A stretch of DNA of 51,757 nucleotides, taken from contig JASTWF010000323.1 in assembly GCA_030390025.1 (NCBI GenBank), positions 496,001 through 547,757 of the forward strand. Direction: 5' to 3'. Below, one piece after another: positions 10,570 through 22,219 of this stretch. The DNA comes from Squalus acanthias. Lineage: Eukaryota. The notes beneath the pieces are model-generated. The model saw nothing but the letters and a program-made list of their open reading frames with translations, did not search any database and was not told the DNA's origin. A program made the translations under genes and the position numbers. Position 1 is the first letter of the stretch. Each line of letters starts with the position of its first letter.

Positions 10570-11920
10570 CTAATCCAATTAGAAGTGAAGCAGTAAATCG
10601 GTCTAAGTAACACGGGCCATGAGACTGTGCAATGCACTGGCCCAGAGCAGATGATTTAAAACAGGAGTTTAATTACCGGCAGCGTGTGGGAGGAAGGGGA
10701 GAGGGGAGGTAGGGGAGTGAGAAGGAAGAGAGTCACAGGTAAAATTACCGTGGAAACCAGTGGCTCCGAATCTGCTTTGAATCCCTCCAGTGTATTGTAA
10801 ACACTTTTATTTTCATATTGAGACACTGATGTATTTGAAAGAAAATTAAATGAGATTTAACGCTGTCTCTGGTATAAGATAATTGTTTTATATATTTGAA
10901 CCCACCCGCTGTGTTTAATCTCTATCCTGAATGTTTAGCTGTAATTTAGAATCAGGTTATAATCTAGAGACAAGGTTTCAGCAGCCGGCGGGCAGGGAGC
11001 AGAGGCTGAGGCTGATCTGTGTCATGTGGGAGAACACAATATCCATGCTGTTTATATCCATTATCCTGCAGAATATTCAACACTGTTCTCAACATCTTAT
11101 ATTCCTCTTAAATATCGGAGGGGTTTACATTAATGTAATGATCGATACGATTCATTTCTATTTTATAAATTTGCATCTAATTTAATAAAACGAAACCAGC
11201 GAAATAGTCATTGCTGAGATTAAACACACACCTCGTTAGCGATTTCGGAAATTAACTTGTTGAACCCTGCGATGGCCGAGTGTTTAAGGCGTTGAAATTA
11301 ATAATCCCATTGGTGGAACCCTCTCTGTGTCGGATTCCTTGCGGACCCCAGTGTCGAACAAATAGTTCAATATTTATAATCCGCTCTGTTCAAGAATGCA
11401 TGCTGGGAGGCTTGGCCAAATTCCGAAAGTGTTCTAGACTCTCTGGAAGCTACAGATAAGTAGGCCTCGAGACACTGTGGGGAACTGTTGTCAACACCAG
11501 GCGCTGTCTGGTGGCATCAGTCTGTGTGACCATGGGAGAGAGAGAATGGAATTCACTGGAAAGCTTGTTTTTTGACAGCAGGAATGATCTAAAGCAGCCA
11601 TTCTAAAGTGAAAAAGCGAACACAGTCCACGGATAGTCCAGGAGACAGAGTAATGGAGAGGATCCCTCGAAGAGAGAAAAACAAAAACATCAAGGTTGAC
11701 AACAGCAAATAATGAACCTCTCCGTCTCCCAGAACAGAGGAATTGGCCATTCTGAGTTTCGAGTTGCACCGCTGACTTAAAGGATGTCCGAATCTCTATC
11801 TGTTAAACTTGTATTATACTGGGAGTAATACCATTTGTTAGAAAGTTTTAAAGCCTTGGTTCATCTTACCTCTGATTATCCTAAAGAGTAAAGCAAGTTC
11901 AAACAAAGTCACTAAAGAGG
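10570..11920 (-). repeat. Inverted copy of the tRNA unit (Ser half)
   Basis: Reverse complement is colinear with about 14810-16215. Confidence 0.85.
11266..11320 (+). pseudogene. tRNA-Ser relic
   Basis: CCTGCGATGGCCGAGTGTTTAAGGCGTTG; position is equivalent to 15479-15560 in the duplicated unit. Confidence 0.65.
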
Positions 11921-11944
11921 TATTCGCAGAATCATAGAATGATA

Positions 11945-12362
11945 CAACAACAACAGCAAACATTTGCAAGTATAGAGTTTATTTAATGTCGTCACACGGC
12001 CCAAGGCGCTTCACAGGCGCATTCTCAAACCAAATTGACACCGAGACACATGAGGAGATATCAGGGTAGATGACCAAAGGCTTGGTCAAAGAGGTAGGTT
12101 TTAAGGAGCAACTTGAAGGTGAAAGCAGAGGTGGAGAGGCGGAGAGGTTTAGGGACGCAATTGCAGAACTTAGGGTTGAGGCAGCTGAAGGCACATCCAC
12201 CGATGGTGGACTGATTGAAATCGGGGAAGATGCCAGAATTGGAGGAGCGCAGATATCTCGGAGGGTTGTAGGACTGGAGGCGGTTGGGAGAAGGGGAGGG
12301 GCGAGGCCATGGTGGATTTAAAAACAAGAATGGGAATTTTGAAATGGAGCGTTGGTTAACGG
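11945..12362 (-). mobile_element. L2 LINE 3' end
   Basis: Minus-strand FKLLLKTYLFDQAFGHL, followed by an L2-type 3' UTR and (TTG)n tail. Confidence 0.85.
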
Positions 12363-12372
12363 GGTATATATC

Positions 12373-14352
12373 TTCTTTTTCTCTTCTTAGGCAGTCTCTC
12401 GGAACCGAGGATGACTTGCTTCCACACTAAAAATGAGTTCTCAGGTGACTGATGAGTCCAATGCGGGACCTACAGTCTCTGTCACAGGTGGGGCAGACGG
12501 TGGTTGAAGGGGCAGGTAGGTGGGGTGTTGGGTTGAAGTGCTCTCCTTCTGCTGTTTGCGCTTGGCTTCCGCTTGCACCCTGCGAAGAGACTCGGGGTGT
12601 TCGGCGCCTTCCTGGATGCTTCTCCTCCACTTTGTGCACTCTTGGGCCACGGATTCCCAGGTGTCGGTGGGAATATTGCACTTTCGTAAGGAGGCTGTGA
12701 GTGTGTCCTTGAAGCGTTTTCTCGGCCCACCTGGGGCTCTCTTGCCGTGTCCGAGCTTCGAGTAGAGTGCTTGCTTTGGGCGTCTCGTATCGGGCATGCG
12801 GACGATGTGGCCCCTGCCATTGGAGCTGATCGAGCGTGGTCTAAGCTTCGATGCTGGGGATGTTGGCCTGAGCGAGAACACTGACAATGGATTTGCAGGA
12901 TCTTGCAGAGGCAACGTTGGTGGAACCTCTCCAGTGCTTTGTGTTGCCTGCTGTACATTGTTCATGTCTTTGAGGCATACAGGAGGGCGGGTATCACTGC
13001 TGCTCTGTAGACCACGAGCTTGATGAAGGGTTTGAGGTCCTGCTCTTCAAACACTCTCTTCCTCAGGCGACCGAAGGCTGCACTGGCACACTGAATGTGG
13101 TGTTGTACTTCGCCATCGACGTCTGCCTTTGACAGTCGGCTCCCGAGGTATGGAAAGTGGTCCACGTTGACAAGGCCCCGTCATGAATTTTGATAATCGG
13201 GGAGTAGTACTGTGTGGCGGAGGCAGGTTGTTAGAGGACCATTGTCTTCCGGATGTTTAGTGTAAGTCCCATGCTCTCGTATGCTTCAGTGAAGGTGTTG
13301 ACGATGGTTTGCAGTTCGGCCTCAGAGTGTGCGCAGACGCAAGCGTCGTCTGCATACTGTTATTCGATGACAGAGGATGGGGCGAACATGGAATGGAGGC
13401 GACGGAGATTCAACAGATTCCCGTTTGCTCTGTAAATTAGCTCCACTCCAGCGGAGAGCTTACTGAGGGTGAGATGGAGCATTGCAGGCAGGAAGATCGA
13501 GAAGAGCGTTGGTGCGATGACACAGCCATGCTTGACCCAGGTCCGGATGTGAATTGGGTCTGTTGTGGATCCATTGGTCAGGATCACGGCTTGCATGTTG
13601 TCGTGAAGCAGGTGGAGAATGGTGACAAACCTTTGAGGGCAGCCGAATTTGAGGAGGACACTCTATAATCCCTCACGGTTGACAGTGTCGAAGGCCTTTG
13701 TGAGGTCAAAGAAGGCCATGTACTGCGGTTGGTTCTGTTCCCTGCATTTCTCTTGTAGTTGACACGCGGTGAAGATCATGTCCATTGTGCCCCTTAGTGG
13801 GCGAAAATCCGCATTCCGACTCTGGGAGGAGCTCTTCAGCCACTGGGAGAAGGCGATTGAGGAAGATTCTTCCGATGACTTTCCCTGTGGCAGACAGCAG
13901 GGACCCTCCTCTGTAATTACCGCAATCTGACTTGACACCTTTCTTGAAGATGGTCAAGATTACGGCGTCCCTCTGATTCCCTGGTATGCTCTCCTCCTTC
14001 CCAATAAGAGAAATGAGCTCATTTATTCGCGCCAATAGTGCTTCACCGCCATGTATTAGCCTTCGGCGGGGATTCCATTTGCTCCTGAGGCCTTGTTGTT
14101 CTTCAGTTGTCGGATGGCCTTTCCAACCTTATGCTGGGCTGGAGTTGTGCTGAGGTGGTGGCGGGTAGCATGCTGCTGGATGGAGTTAAGGACACTCGCG
14201 TCGAAGACCGAGTATTGGTTAAGGAGATCTTCAAAGTGCTCCTTCCAGCGGGCACTGACTGCCTCCCTATCTTTGTTGAGTACCTCTCCGTTCTTGGTCC
14301 GCAGTGTGGTAGGACCTTGGGTGCTTGGGCCGCAGGTGGTCTTGACTGCGCA
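12373..14352 (-). mobile_element. RTE-clade LINE, 5'-truncated, frameshifted reverse transcriptase
   Basis: KKG..SDCGNYRG.SLLS..GK, AFFDLTKAFDTVNREGL, GCVIAPTLFSIF, QYADD, FPYLGS, RMPDTRRPKQALY and C-terminal CPTCDRDCRSRIGLISHLRTH; (AAG)n-like tail. Confidence 0.92.
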
Positions 14353-14561
14353 AAAGAATTAGTTATGTTTCTGCTCCCTAATCATTTGTTTCTTCCCGCT
14401 ACTCTTTCATTGGGTGTCAATATCTGAGGAAGGAAGAGAGAGGAAAAGGTGCATCTCCGATTCCTGATATCTGTTCTGCGTTCATGCAATGGTCCGTGTT
14501 TATTTTAGTATTGTATGAACAGCGCAGGGGCACAGACTGGAAAGCCCAGCGTGGACAGCAA

Positions 14562-14614
14562 TGATGAGGATGGGATTCGAACCCACGCGTGCAGAGCACA
14601 ATTTATCAGCAATC
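14562..14614 (-). pseudogene. tRNA-Ser(GCT) 3' half
   Basis: Reverse complement TTGCTGATAAATTGTGCTCTGCACGCGTGGGTTCGAATCCCATCCTCATC. Confidence 0.8.
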
Positions 14615-15478
14615 AGTCTTATGAATGTTCGGTTTTGAGCCAGATTCAGAGCAGAGAAGAAAAAGTGTCGCCCAGTGAGTTAAATGGCCGGCAATCTCTC
14701 CGCTGCTCTCCCCCATAGTCCTGCAAGTTTGTCCATTCCGGCTATCTATTGGTAAATTGAGCCATACCATGAGCTAAGTGTTGCATGCTTGTGAGGAGAA
14801 GGTGACCTTGGACAGAAGGATCAGTAGGGTTTTAGATTTAAATCTCTTCACTCTTTAGGGTAATCAGAGTTAAGATCAACCAAAGTTTTAAACTTTTTAA
14901 ACAATTAGTTATATTAACATAATAATACAAATTTTACAGAGAGAAATTTGTACAACCTTTAACTCAGTGGTGCAACTCGAAACTCAGAACAGTCAATTCT
15001 TCTGCTTCGGGAGTCGGAGAGATGAATTATGTGTTGGTGTCCTCCTTGGTGTTTTTCTGGTCGGTCTTCGCGATCTCCTCTCCGTTTGTCTCTCTCCTGG
15101 ACTGTATTCTGCTTTTTACTTTAGAATGGCTGCTCTTATACCATTGCTGCTGACAGAAACAAGCCTTCCAGTGACTTTCCATTCTCTCTCTCCCATATTT
15201 ACACAGACTGATGCTACCGGATAGCACCGAGTGTGTGCGAAGGTTACTCAGAGACTCTCGAGGCCTCCTCATCTGTAGCTTCCAGACAATCTGACGGACA
15301 CTTTTGGAATTAGGTCAGCAAAACCAGCATGCCTTCTTGAAGTAAGTAAGTGATCCAGGTCTCTCTCCAACCCTTTAGTTTCCTTAAAACCGGGATTGAA
15401 ATGTCAGAAATTCTTCCAGAGGGAGCAGATTGAAGAAAATAAATTATTTGAAGGAATTGATTCAATAATGAGAGAACC

Positions 15479-15560
15479 CGCTGCGAGCAGGGTTCGAACC
15501 TGCGCAGGGAAACCCCATTATATTTCAATTCCAACGCATTAACCACTCGGCCATCGCAGC
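15479..15560 (-). tRNA. tRNA-Ser(TGA), full length but with anticodon-stem mismatches
   Basis: Reverse complement GCTGCGATGGCCGAGTGGTTAATGCGTTGGAATTGAAATATAATGGGGTTTCCCTGCGCAGGTTCGAACCCTGCTCGCAGCG, 82 nt, A- and B-boxes intact. Confidence 0.88.
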
Positions 15561-16669
15561 TGTATGCGCACAGATTCCAACAAGTTAAATTCTCAAAAAG
15601 CTGACCCTGTTTATTATTGGTAATAACGGTTTCGTGACATTTAATTTGCGTCAAATTCAGCAAATCGAAAGAGTCGCAGCGATCGTTACAATAAAGGAGA
15701 ACTTCCGATATTTAACGGTAATGTAAGATGTTGAGAACAGTATGGAATATTCTGCAGAATAATGAAAATAAACAGCAGGAATATTGTGTTCTGCTCCCCC
15801 ATGACACAGATCAGCCTCAGTCTCTGCTCCCTGACCGCCGGCTGCTGAAACCTTATCTCCAGATTATAAACTGATTCTAGGTTGCAGATAAATATTCAAG
15901 GTAGAGCCTAAACACAGCGGGTGAGCCCAAATATATAAAGTAGTTATTTTATACCGGAAACAGCATTAAATCACATATATTGCTCAAATGTAAAAATGTA
16001 GGAATATGACATTAAATGTATTGAAATACAGTGGGGATTTAAAGCAGATTCGGGGCCACTGGTTTCCAAGGTGATCTTTCCTGTGAGTCTCTTGCCTCTC
16101 TCTCCCTTTCCTCCCACACGCTGCCGGTTTTTAAATCTTGTTTTAAATCTGCTGCTCTGGGCCAGTGCATTCCACAATCTCACAACCCTTTCTACAATTA
16201 CCGTCTCACTGCTTGACTTCTCTGTTTATTAGTTATGAATCACCTTGAGGAGCAATGGTGGCGTTTGTGACGTCAAATTAAAAGGTGGCCTTTTGGAAAC
16301 ACGTTGGGGTCACAGTTTATTTTTGCACAGAATTGAACCTAAATGATTCAAGATGGAATATTGTATTTGCTGCATCACAATAAACAATATTTTGTGCTAA
16401 ATGTTGGCTCATTATTTCCCCAGTGTCAGAGGAAGAATTGTCTGATCTCCTCATTTATTTCATGTAAGACACAAACACAGGTATTCATTCAGAATTAACT
16501 CAGAGATTGAAACAGAGATAAACACAGAGAGATAAAGACAGCATCGGGACACATGGCGGAATCGACAGGAGAGATGGATGAATACAAAACGACCTTAGAC
16601 TCCAAGAGGCAGTGACAGGTAGCTGATATATATCAGTGAGGAGAGAAACGCAACTCGCCGAAGGCATTT

Positions 16670-16743
16670 GGCTCCGTGGCTTAGCTGGTCAAAGCGCCTG
16701 TCTTGTCAACAGGGGATCCTGGGTTCGATTCCTAGCGGAACTC
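16670..16743 (+). tRNA. tRNA-Thr(TGT), near intact
   Basis: GGCTCCGTGGCTTAGCTGGTCAAAGCGCCTGTCTTGTCAACAGGGGATCCTGGGTTCGATTCCTAGCGGAACT followed by a T6 Pol III terminator. Confidence 0.88.
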
Positions 16744-16835
16744 GCGTTTTTTGCCTTTCTGACCCGACAGGGATGAATTACTTCTCGTGTGAAAGGGCCA
16801 CAATCCTTTTAACTGCGGATGCACTTGTTCCCATT

Positions 16836-16888
16836 CTGGATTAAGGCTGCAGTCGCTGCGGGGCCTGGGGTGAATTCCACCCCGGTCG
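16836..16888 (+). pseudogene. 5'-truncated tRNA-Leu(AAG) relic
   Basis: CTGGATTAAGGCTGCAGTC...GGGGTGAATTCCACC; same truncation point as 8075-8127. Confidence 0.7.
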
Positions 16889-17001
16889 TAATTTCTGGAA
16901 GTGCTGATTTTGGCCTCTTCACCAAAAATCCATCTTTTCCAAGTAGTGACGTGCGTGTCTTTACTGTGATCAGAGCAGAGCTGTAGTCGCTGATGTGTGG
17001 C

Positions 17002-17073
17002 GCCGTGATGATATAGTGGTTAGAACTCTGCCTTGTGGCCGCAGCAACCTCGGCCTGAATGCGAGTTGCGACA
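17002..17073 (+). pseudogene. tRNA-His(GTG) pseudogene
   Basis: GCCGTGATGATATAGTGGTTAGAACTCTGCCTTGTGGCCGCAGCAACCTCGG; B-box destroyed. Confidence 0.85.
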
Positions 17074-17506
17074 CAGCTCACTTTATATCTTCTGTTATCT
17101 GCGTTACCTGCTAATAGAAAACAGTAAGAAATCAATCTTTACTACATGAAACAATTATTATTTGTTTTCGGTGAAAACCTATTTACTCCTTCAAACTCGC
17201 CTCTTCTCCCCGCTTTTTCTTCCTTCTACAATCAAAAGTCCTCCTTTACTTTCCGCCTTCCATTTCATTGTCACTTTCCTGCGATATTACCTTATTCTAA
17301 CATTCACTTTCATCTATTGACGCCGTTAAGTTTGCTCTGCCACCACCGCTGTTCCTGGCGGCACATTTCCTAATCGCATCAATCTCAATTGCTGTTTTGA
17401 AACCAGTCGATACATTTAGACCCACGGGACCGCTCGACAGACAAGCGCTGCGAAAGCAGGGCCGGTCTTCTGAAGCAGAATACCCGGATTGAACACGAAA
17501 TTTTCT

Positions 17507-17560
17507 TGGCCTAACGGATAAGGCGTCTGACTTCGCTGATAATCGTAATCGGGATTGACG
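17507..17560 (+). pseudogene. tRNA-Arg(TCG) fragment
   Basis: TGGCCTAACGGATAAGGCGTCTGACTTCG matches the D and anticodon arms of Arg-TCG. Confidence 0.75.
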
Positions 17561-17653
17561 CCAGTTCCGGATCAATCTGTGTCTGTTTAAACCGGGAGTG
17601 CTCACAGACCCGGATGATTCTGTGTTCGTCTGTTTAAAAGGAGTGCGATTTCA

Positions 17654-17735
17654 GCTGTGATAACCGAGTTGTTAAGGTGTTGTGTTCGAAGTTACATTGG
17701 GTTTCTCTGCGCAGGTGCGAGCCCAGCTCGTTGCT
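17654..17735 (+). pseudogene. Degenerate tRNA-Ser(CGA)
   Basis: GCTGTGATAACCGAGTTGTTAAGGTGTTGTGTTCGAA...CTCTGCGCAGGTGCGAGCCCAGCTC. Confidence 0.7.
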
Positions 17736-17851
17736 CATCCGTTCATTAATTGGAAATATGATCATCTTTTCCTCAATCCACTCCTTTATATGAGCTGTTG
17801 CCCTGAATTTGCTGACAATTCTCCCACAACAAACACCCTGATGTTGGCTGT

Positions 17852-17937
17852 GGCCGGGTGGCTTAATGGGTGATGTGTCTGACTTTGGTGCTAGTTATGA
17901 CGTTATAAAAAATTTAGGTTCGAATCCTGCGAGGTTC
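17852..17937 (+). pseudogene. Degenerate tRNA-Arg(TCG) with about 13-nt insert after position 37
   Basis: GGCCGGGTGGCTTAATGGGTGATGTGTCTGACTTTGG[TGCTAGTTATGAC]...AGGTTCGAATCCTGC. Confidence 0.65.
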
Positions 17938-18173
17938 AAATCACTCATCGGGCGGTGCTATCTTTTTCTCTGCGCTGAATCTGTCTTCAAACCGAGCAGG
18001 CCCTCACCTGAAGTAACAGAAGACCTTTTGCTTACAGAAGCTGCTTGTACATTTTCAACATTGTAGATCTGGGTGCACGAGCAGAACAAGCGGTTAAGGG
18101 GAATTTCTTTCAGAGTATTTCTGTTTAGATGCAAATAGCAGGAAATAAAATGTCTAAAGTGGTCCTGGTAGGA

Positions 18174-18256
18174 GACAAGGTGGCCGTAGAAGTTAAGGCG
18201 ATGGACTGCAAATCCATTTGGGCTCTGCACGCCTGAGTTCGAATCCTATCCTCTTG
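18174..18256 (+). tRNA. tRNA-Ser(GCT)-derived gene/pseudogene with anticodon GCA
   Basis: GACAAGGTGGCCGTAGAAGTTAAGGCGATGGACTGCAAATCCATTTGGGCTCTGCACGCCTGAGTTCGAATCCTATCCTCTTG: Ser-GCT body with long variable arm. Confidence 0.8.
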
Positions 18257-18350
18257 ATATTGTGTCAAACTTTTGATGCTGATTAAAACTTGACAGCATT
18301 TCAATGAATCTAAAATAAGGTTTGGATTCCAACTCTTGTCAACACTGGGG

Positions 18351-19281
18351 ATCATAGAGTCATACAGCACATAAAGAGGCCCTTCGGCCCATCGTGTCCG
18401 CGCTGGCCATCAAGCCCTGTCTATTCTAATCCCATTTTCCAGCACTTGGTCCGCAGCCTTGTATGCTGTGGCGTTTCAAGTGTTCATCTAAATGCTTCTT
18501 GAATGTTGTGAGGTTCCTGCCTCTACCACCCTTTCAGGCAGTGAGTTCCAGATTCCAACCACCCTCTGGGTGAAAAAGTTTTCCCTCAAATCCCCTCTAA
18601 ACCTCCTGCCCCTTATCTTGAAACTATGCCCCCTGGTTATTGACCCCTCTACTCAGGGGAAAAATTTCTTTCCATCTACCCTATCTATGCCCCTGATAAT
18701 GTTGTACACCTCTATCAGGTTCCCACTCAGTCTTCTCTACTCTAAGGAAAAGAACCCCAGCCTATCCAGTCTCTCTTCATAGCTGAAACGCTTCAGCCCA
18801 GCTAACATCCTGGGGAATCTCCACTGCACCCTCCCTAATGCAATCACATCCTTCCGATAGTGTGGTGACCAGAACTGCACACAGTATTCCAACTGTGGCC
18901 TGACTTGCGTTTTGTACAGCTCCATCATAACCTCCCTGCTCTTATATTCTATGCCTCGGCTAATGAAGGCAAGTATCCCATATGTCTTCTTAACCACCTT
19001 ATCTACCTGTCCTGCTGCTTTCAGGAGTCTCTGTACATACACACCAAGGTCCCTCTGATCCTCTGGCCTTCCTAGGGTCCTACCATTCATTGTGTATTCC
19101 CTTGCCTTGTTAGTCATCCCAAAATGCATCACCTCACACTTTTCAAGGTTAAATTCCATTTGCCACTGTTCTACCCGTCTGACCAACCCGTCTATATCGT
19201 CCTGTAGCCTGAGGCTTCCCTCCTCGCTATTTACCACTCCACCAATTTTCGTGTCATCTGTGAACTTGCTGATCATACCTC
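18351..19281 (-). mobile_element. CR1 LINE 3' portion (RT C-terminus to 3' tail), cut by the LTR
   Basis: ORF 18737-19276 ISKFTDDTKIGG...WQMEFNLEKCEVMHFG...RPQLEYCVQFWSPHYRKD; ATCATAGAGTCATACAG tail. Confidence 0.95.
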
Positions 19282-20004
19282 TGAAGGATCCAGCTTGTTC
19301 CCAAAGAATTCTGGGATACTTGACTACTGCTGAAAAGGTTCAGCTTGTTTGCAATGAATTCTGGGATACTTGACTATGCAGGTTTGGCTGACTGAATCAC
19401 ATTTGCAGACAGCAAGGGGCCTCTTCTCTTATCAAACTTCGGAATGTGTGTGTATTCACAGCCTCAGTAGAGCCATTGTCAAAACACAGCCTGGCCTCCC
19501 AAGAGATAAGGGTGCAATTAACGACCAACACTGTTCCAGTCACTGAGCGCAAAAGCCATTACGGCCTTGAGCCATCTTGCTTGTTCGACAGTTAGCAATA
19601 AAATATGTTTTCTCAAACTATAAACTCTGCCTACAAAGGGGAAGAGATAACAGCAGCAATGTGGGGAGGAGGACGAGACAACCAACTTCTGTGGCTGGCA
19701 TGGTCAGGAGGTACCGGAGTTCAAGGGGATGTTCCGATAGTTGAGTGACTAACCACATAACCAAAAATAGTAACTGTAGTGATGCTGTTTGTACGTGTAC
19801 GCCCCGATTCTGTAGTAAGTGGGCGGTGCTTATAGAAGTGTATAACTTGAATGAACCGTTACTTGTCCCTCAGAGAGTGCACCCCTAGCCTAAGGAAGCT
19901 GATTGGCTCTCCCTTGTGCACAAGTCTTTTGTTTGTTTTAATAAATTCTGAACTTGTCCTCAATTCCGTCTTCGTCTGAGGTTTCTCCAAATTCGAATCT
20001 AACA
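19282..20004 (+). repeat. 5' LTR
   Basis: TGAAGGATCC...TCTAACA, AATAAA at 19940, followed by the PBS; direct repeat of 27352-28096. Confidence 0.95.
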
Positions 20005-20006
20005 GT

Positions 20007-20024
20007 TGGTGTCAGAAGTGGGAT
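20007..20024 (+). promoter_or_regulatory. Primer-binding site complementary to tRNA-Leu(CAA/CAG) 3' end
   Basis: TGGTGTCAGAAGTGGGAT, 18 nt, complementary to ...ATCCCACTTCTGACACCA; starts 2 nt after the LTR. Confidence 0.92.
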
Positions 20025-20299
20025 ACTGCAGGTAAGCACCATAGGAGTTAAAGACACTGGAAGTGACGGTTAAGGCGTGAACCCTGTCGTGTCCGAAGGG
20101 AAATCCAGAGTGAGGCTTCTAGGAGGAACACGGGAAGTTGTCGTGTCCTAAGGGGGGAGCCAGTGTAAGGCTTCTAGGAGGAACAAGGGCTCGCTCGTCA
20201 CCGGTGGGGCTAAAACCGTGTATGGGTCAGTCAGTATAAAAGTACCCACAAATTAAATTATTCCTCACGGACACCGTGGACTGATAGAATTGATTAGAC

Positions 20300-20403
20300 A
20301 TAAGTGTATATTTCTGATTTAGAGTGTTAGGTGATAAGTGTATATTTCTGATTTAGAGTGTAAGGTGATAAATGTATATTTCTGATTTAGAGTGTAAGGT
20401 GAT
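20300..20403. repeat. 34-bp tandem repeat x3 in the proviral leader
   Basis: ATAAGTGTATATTTCTGATTTAGAGTGTAAGGTG at 20300, 20334 and 20368. Confidence 0.9.
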
Positions 20404-20468
20404 TCGTTTTTGTCGATTAAAGTATAAGATAGAGTATAAGAATATATGTAACTATTAATACGGATCAC

Positions 20469-20780
20469 ATGGGTGACGAGAGGAGACCTCTTTCACCGGA
20501 CGTTCCGGCTATAGCCACCAGTGTCACTGTCGTTAAACAGTTCCGAGAGGCTAATTTGAAACTTCAAAGAGAAATGTTTAAAAAGGGGTGGAAAGAAACA
20601 AGCCCAGTAGTTAACCAAATAAAGTGGTGGGCGGAACAAAAGGTCGCCAAACAAGCCAAGTACGGGGTGGTTTTGTGTACTAGTTGGATGGATCAGATGG
20701 GACCTATAATCGTGGAAAAGGGGGGGAGACCGCCCCCGTTACAAGGATTCTTGAGACCCGTGCAGGAGGCTAAAGTCTAA
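20469..20780 (+). pseudogene. gag: Probable gag N-terminal remnant
   Basis: First ATG-initiated ORF after the PBS/leader (103 aa); assignment is positional only. Confidence 0.45.
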
Positions 20781-21684
20781 GTCAGTAATCTCCTGCACCT
20801 CAAGTCACCAGGGACTGAGAATCTAGACGACTTAAAAAACTGTGGTGACTTTGTCGTGGCTCTACAAAAAGAGACTCGAGACACGCCGACCTTAGATCCC
20901 AGCCCCCATCGGGGACCGTAGAGGTTCAACGAGTTGAGGCCACCCAACCCACGTGCCTCCCCCAAATACACTCGTATCTGTCCCGCTTCCATCTCGAGCA
21001 GGAAAAGCTGCTGAGACGCCTATGTAAAAAGAAAAAAAGAGAAATTTAAAGATTTATCGACATGGAAGTTATTAATGTCTGTGCCGAGACAAATAAAACA
21101 AGTAAAATCCAGGATTTGCTGAGTGAAAGGAATCTTGAAAGCAAAAGGAATGCTGAGATCTAAGTTTGGGTTAAAGTGTGGTTAAATAGTGAAAGTTTTC
21201 CTGACTGTGAATGTTTAAGAAGTTAGAGTATTTATTTTGTCTAAAAGTCTGTAAAAAAAATGTCTGACATTTTTGTTTCTGCTCCACCCACTCTTTTATT
21301 CAGACAGCTAAAAGCTGTTTAACCCTTTGAAGACTTGTCTTGAATGATGGAAAAGCGTGTGTTGTTTTATGTTTGTTAATTGTTTTACAAAACATAAGCT
21401 TCAGCCTTGAAGTCACAGTTGCCAATGTGCCTGGAAGAAAATGAATTTGAATGTTTACAAGGCATGGGTAATTGTTTCTTTGTTAACGTGGCTATGGTTT
21501 CTTTCTTTTCCAAGTGATACTGGTTAGTTTTTAAAAAATGATCTGGATTGAATTGGAGTTATTGAGGTTAATTAACCTATTAAAATCAGACTTTTATTGT
21601 GCATGGTGAAATTCTGGTTGGTGTAAATTTGTGTAGACCGCATTGAATAAGATATTTAATGGTCTGAAACCAGACTTTAAAATA

Positions 21685-22215
21685 TTTACAGTCTTGGATA
21701 CAGAACGGGTTCTGGTCCATACCATTGGCAGAGGAATCACAAGGGAAATTCGCCTTTACTGTCAGGGATAGACAGGATACATGGACCAGTGTCCCGCAGG
21801 GGTTGCACAATAGTCCAAATATATTCCACCAGGTACTGAGTCAAGCCTTACACGAGTTAGATCTATCAAAGTATCAGAGTGCCCTACTCCAATATGTCGA
21901 TGACATAATGATTGCATCAGAAGACGCCAAAATACACATGGGAGCATTACTAGCCACCCTCCAGACACTTAAGAAAGCTGGCTTTAAATTGAACCCAAAA
22001 AGGCACAGGTTGGACTGTCCAAAGTAAAGTATCTAGGACACGAAATTAACCAGGGGTATAAGGCACTCCTGCAGGAACAAAAGGCAGCCATAAAAGACAT
22101 GCCAAGGCCAGAGACCGTCCGGGGAGTGAGGTAAGTGTTGGGACTATTTAACTACTGCAGGAATTTTATATCAGACTTTGCAGGGAAAGCAGAGCCGATT
22201 CAACGGTTAGAAAAA
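21685..22215 (+). pseudogene. pol: Reverse transcriptase fragment
   Basis: DIQNGFWSIPLAEESQGKFAFT...VPQGLHNSPNIFH...LQYVDDIMIAS...GFKLNPK, then VKYLGHEI and LGLFNYCRNFI; frameshifted, RNase H region deleted. Confidence 0.93.
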
Positions 22216-22219
22216 GGGG

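Larger units (their letters stand above)
14750..17510 (+). repeat. Most complete copy of the duplicated tRNA unit: Ser(-), Thr(+), truncated Leu(+), His(+)
   Basis: Contains all segments found in pieces at 1096-2120, 4720-5990, 7435-8610 and 10570-11920. Confidence 0.85.
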
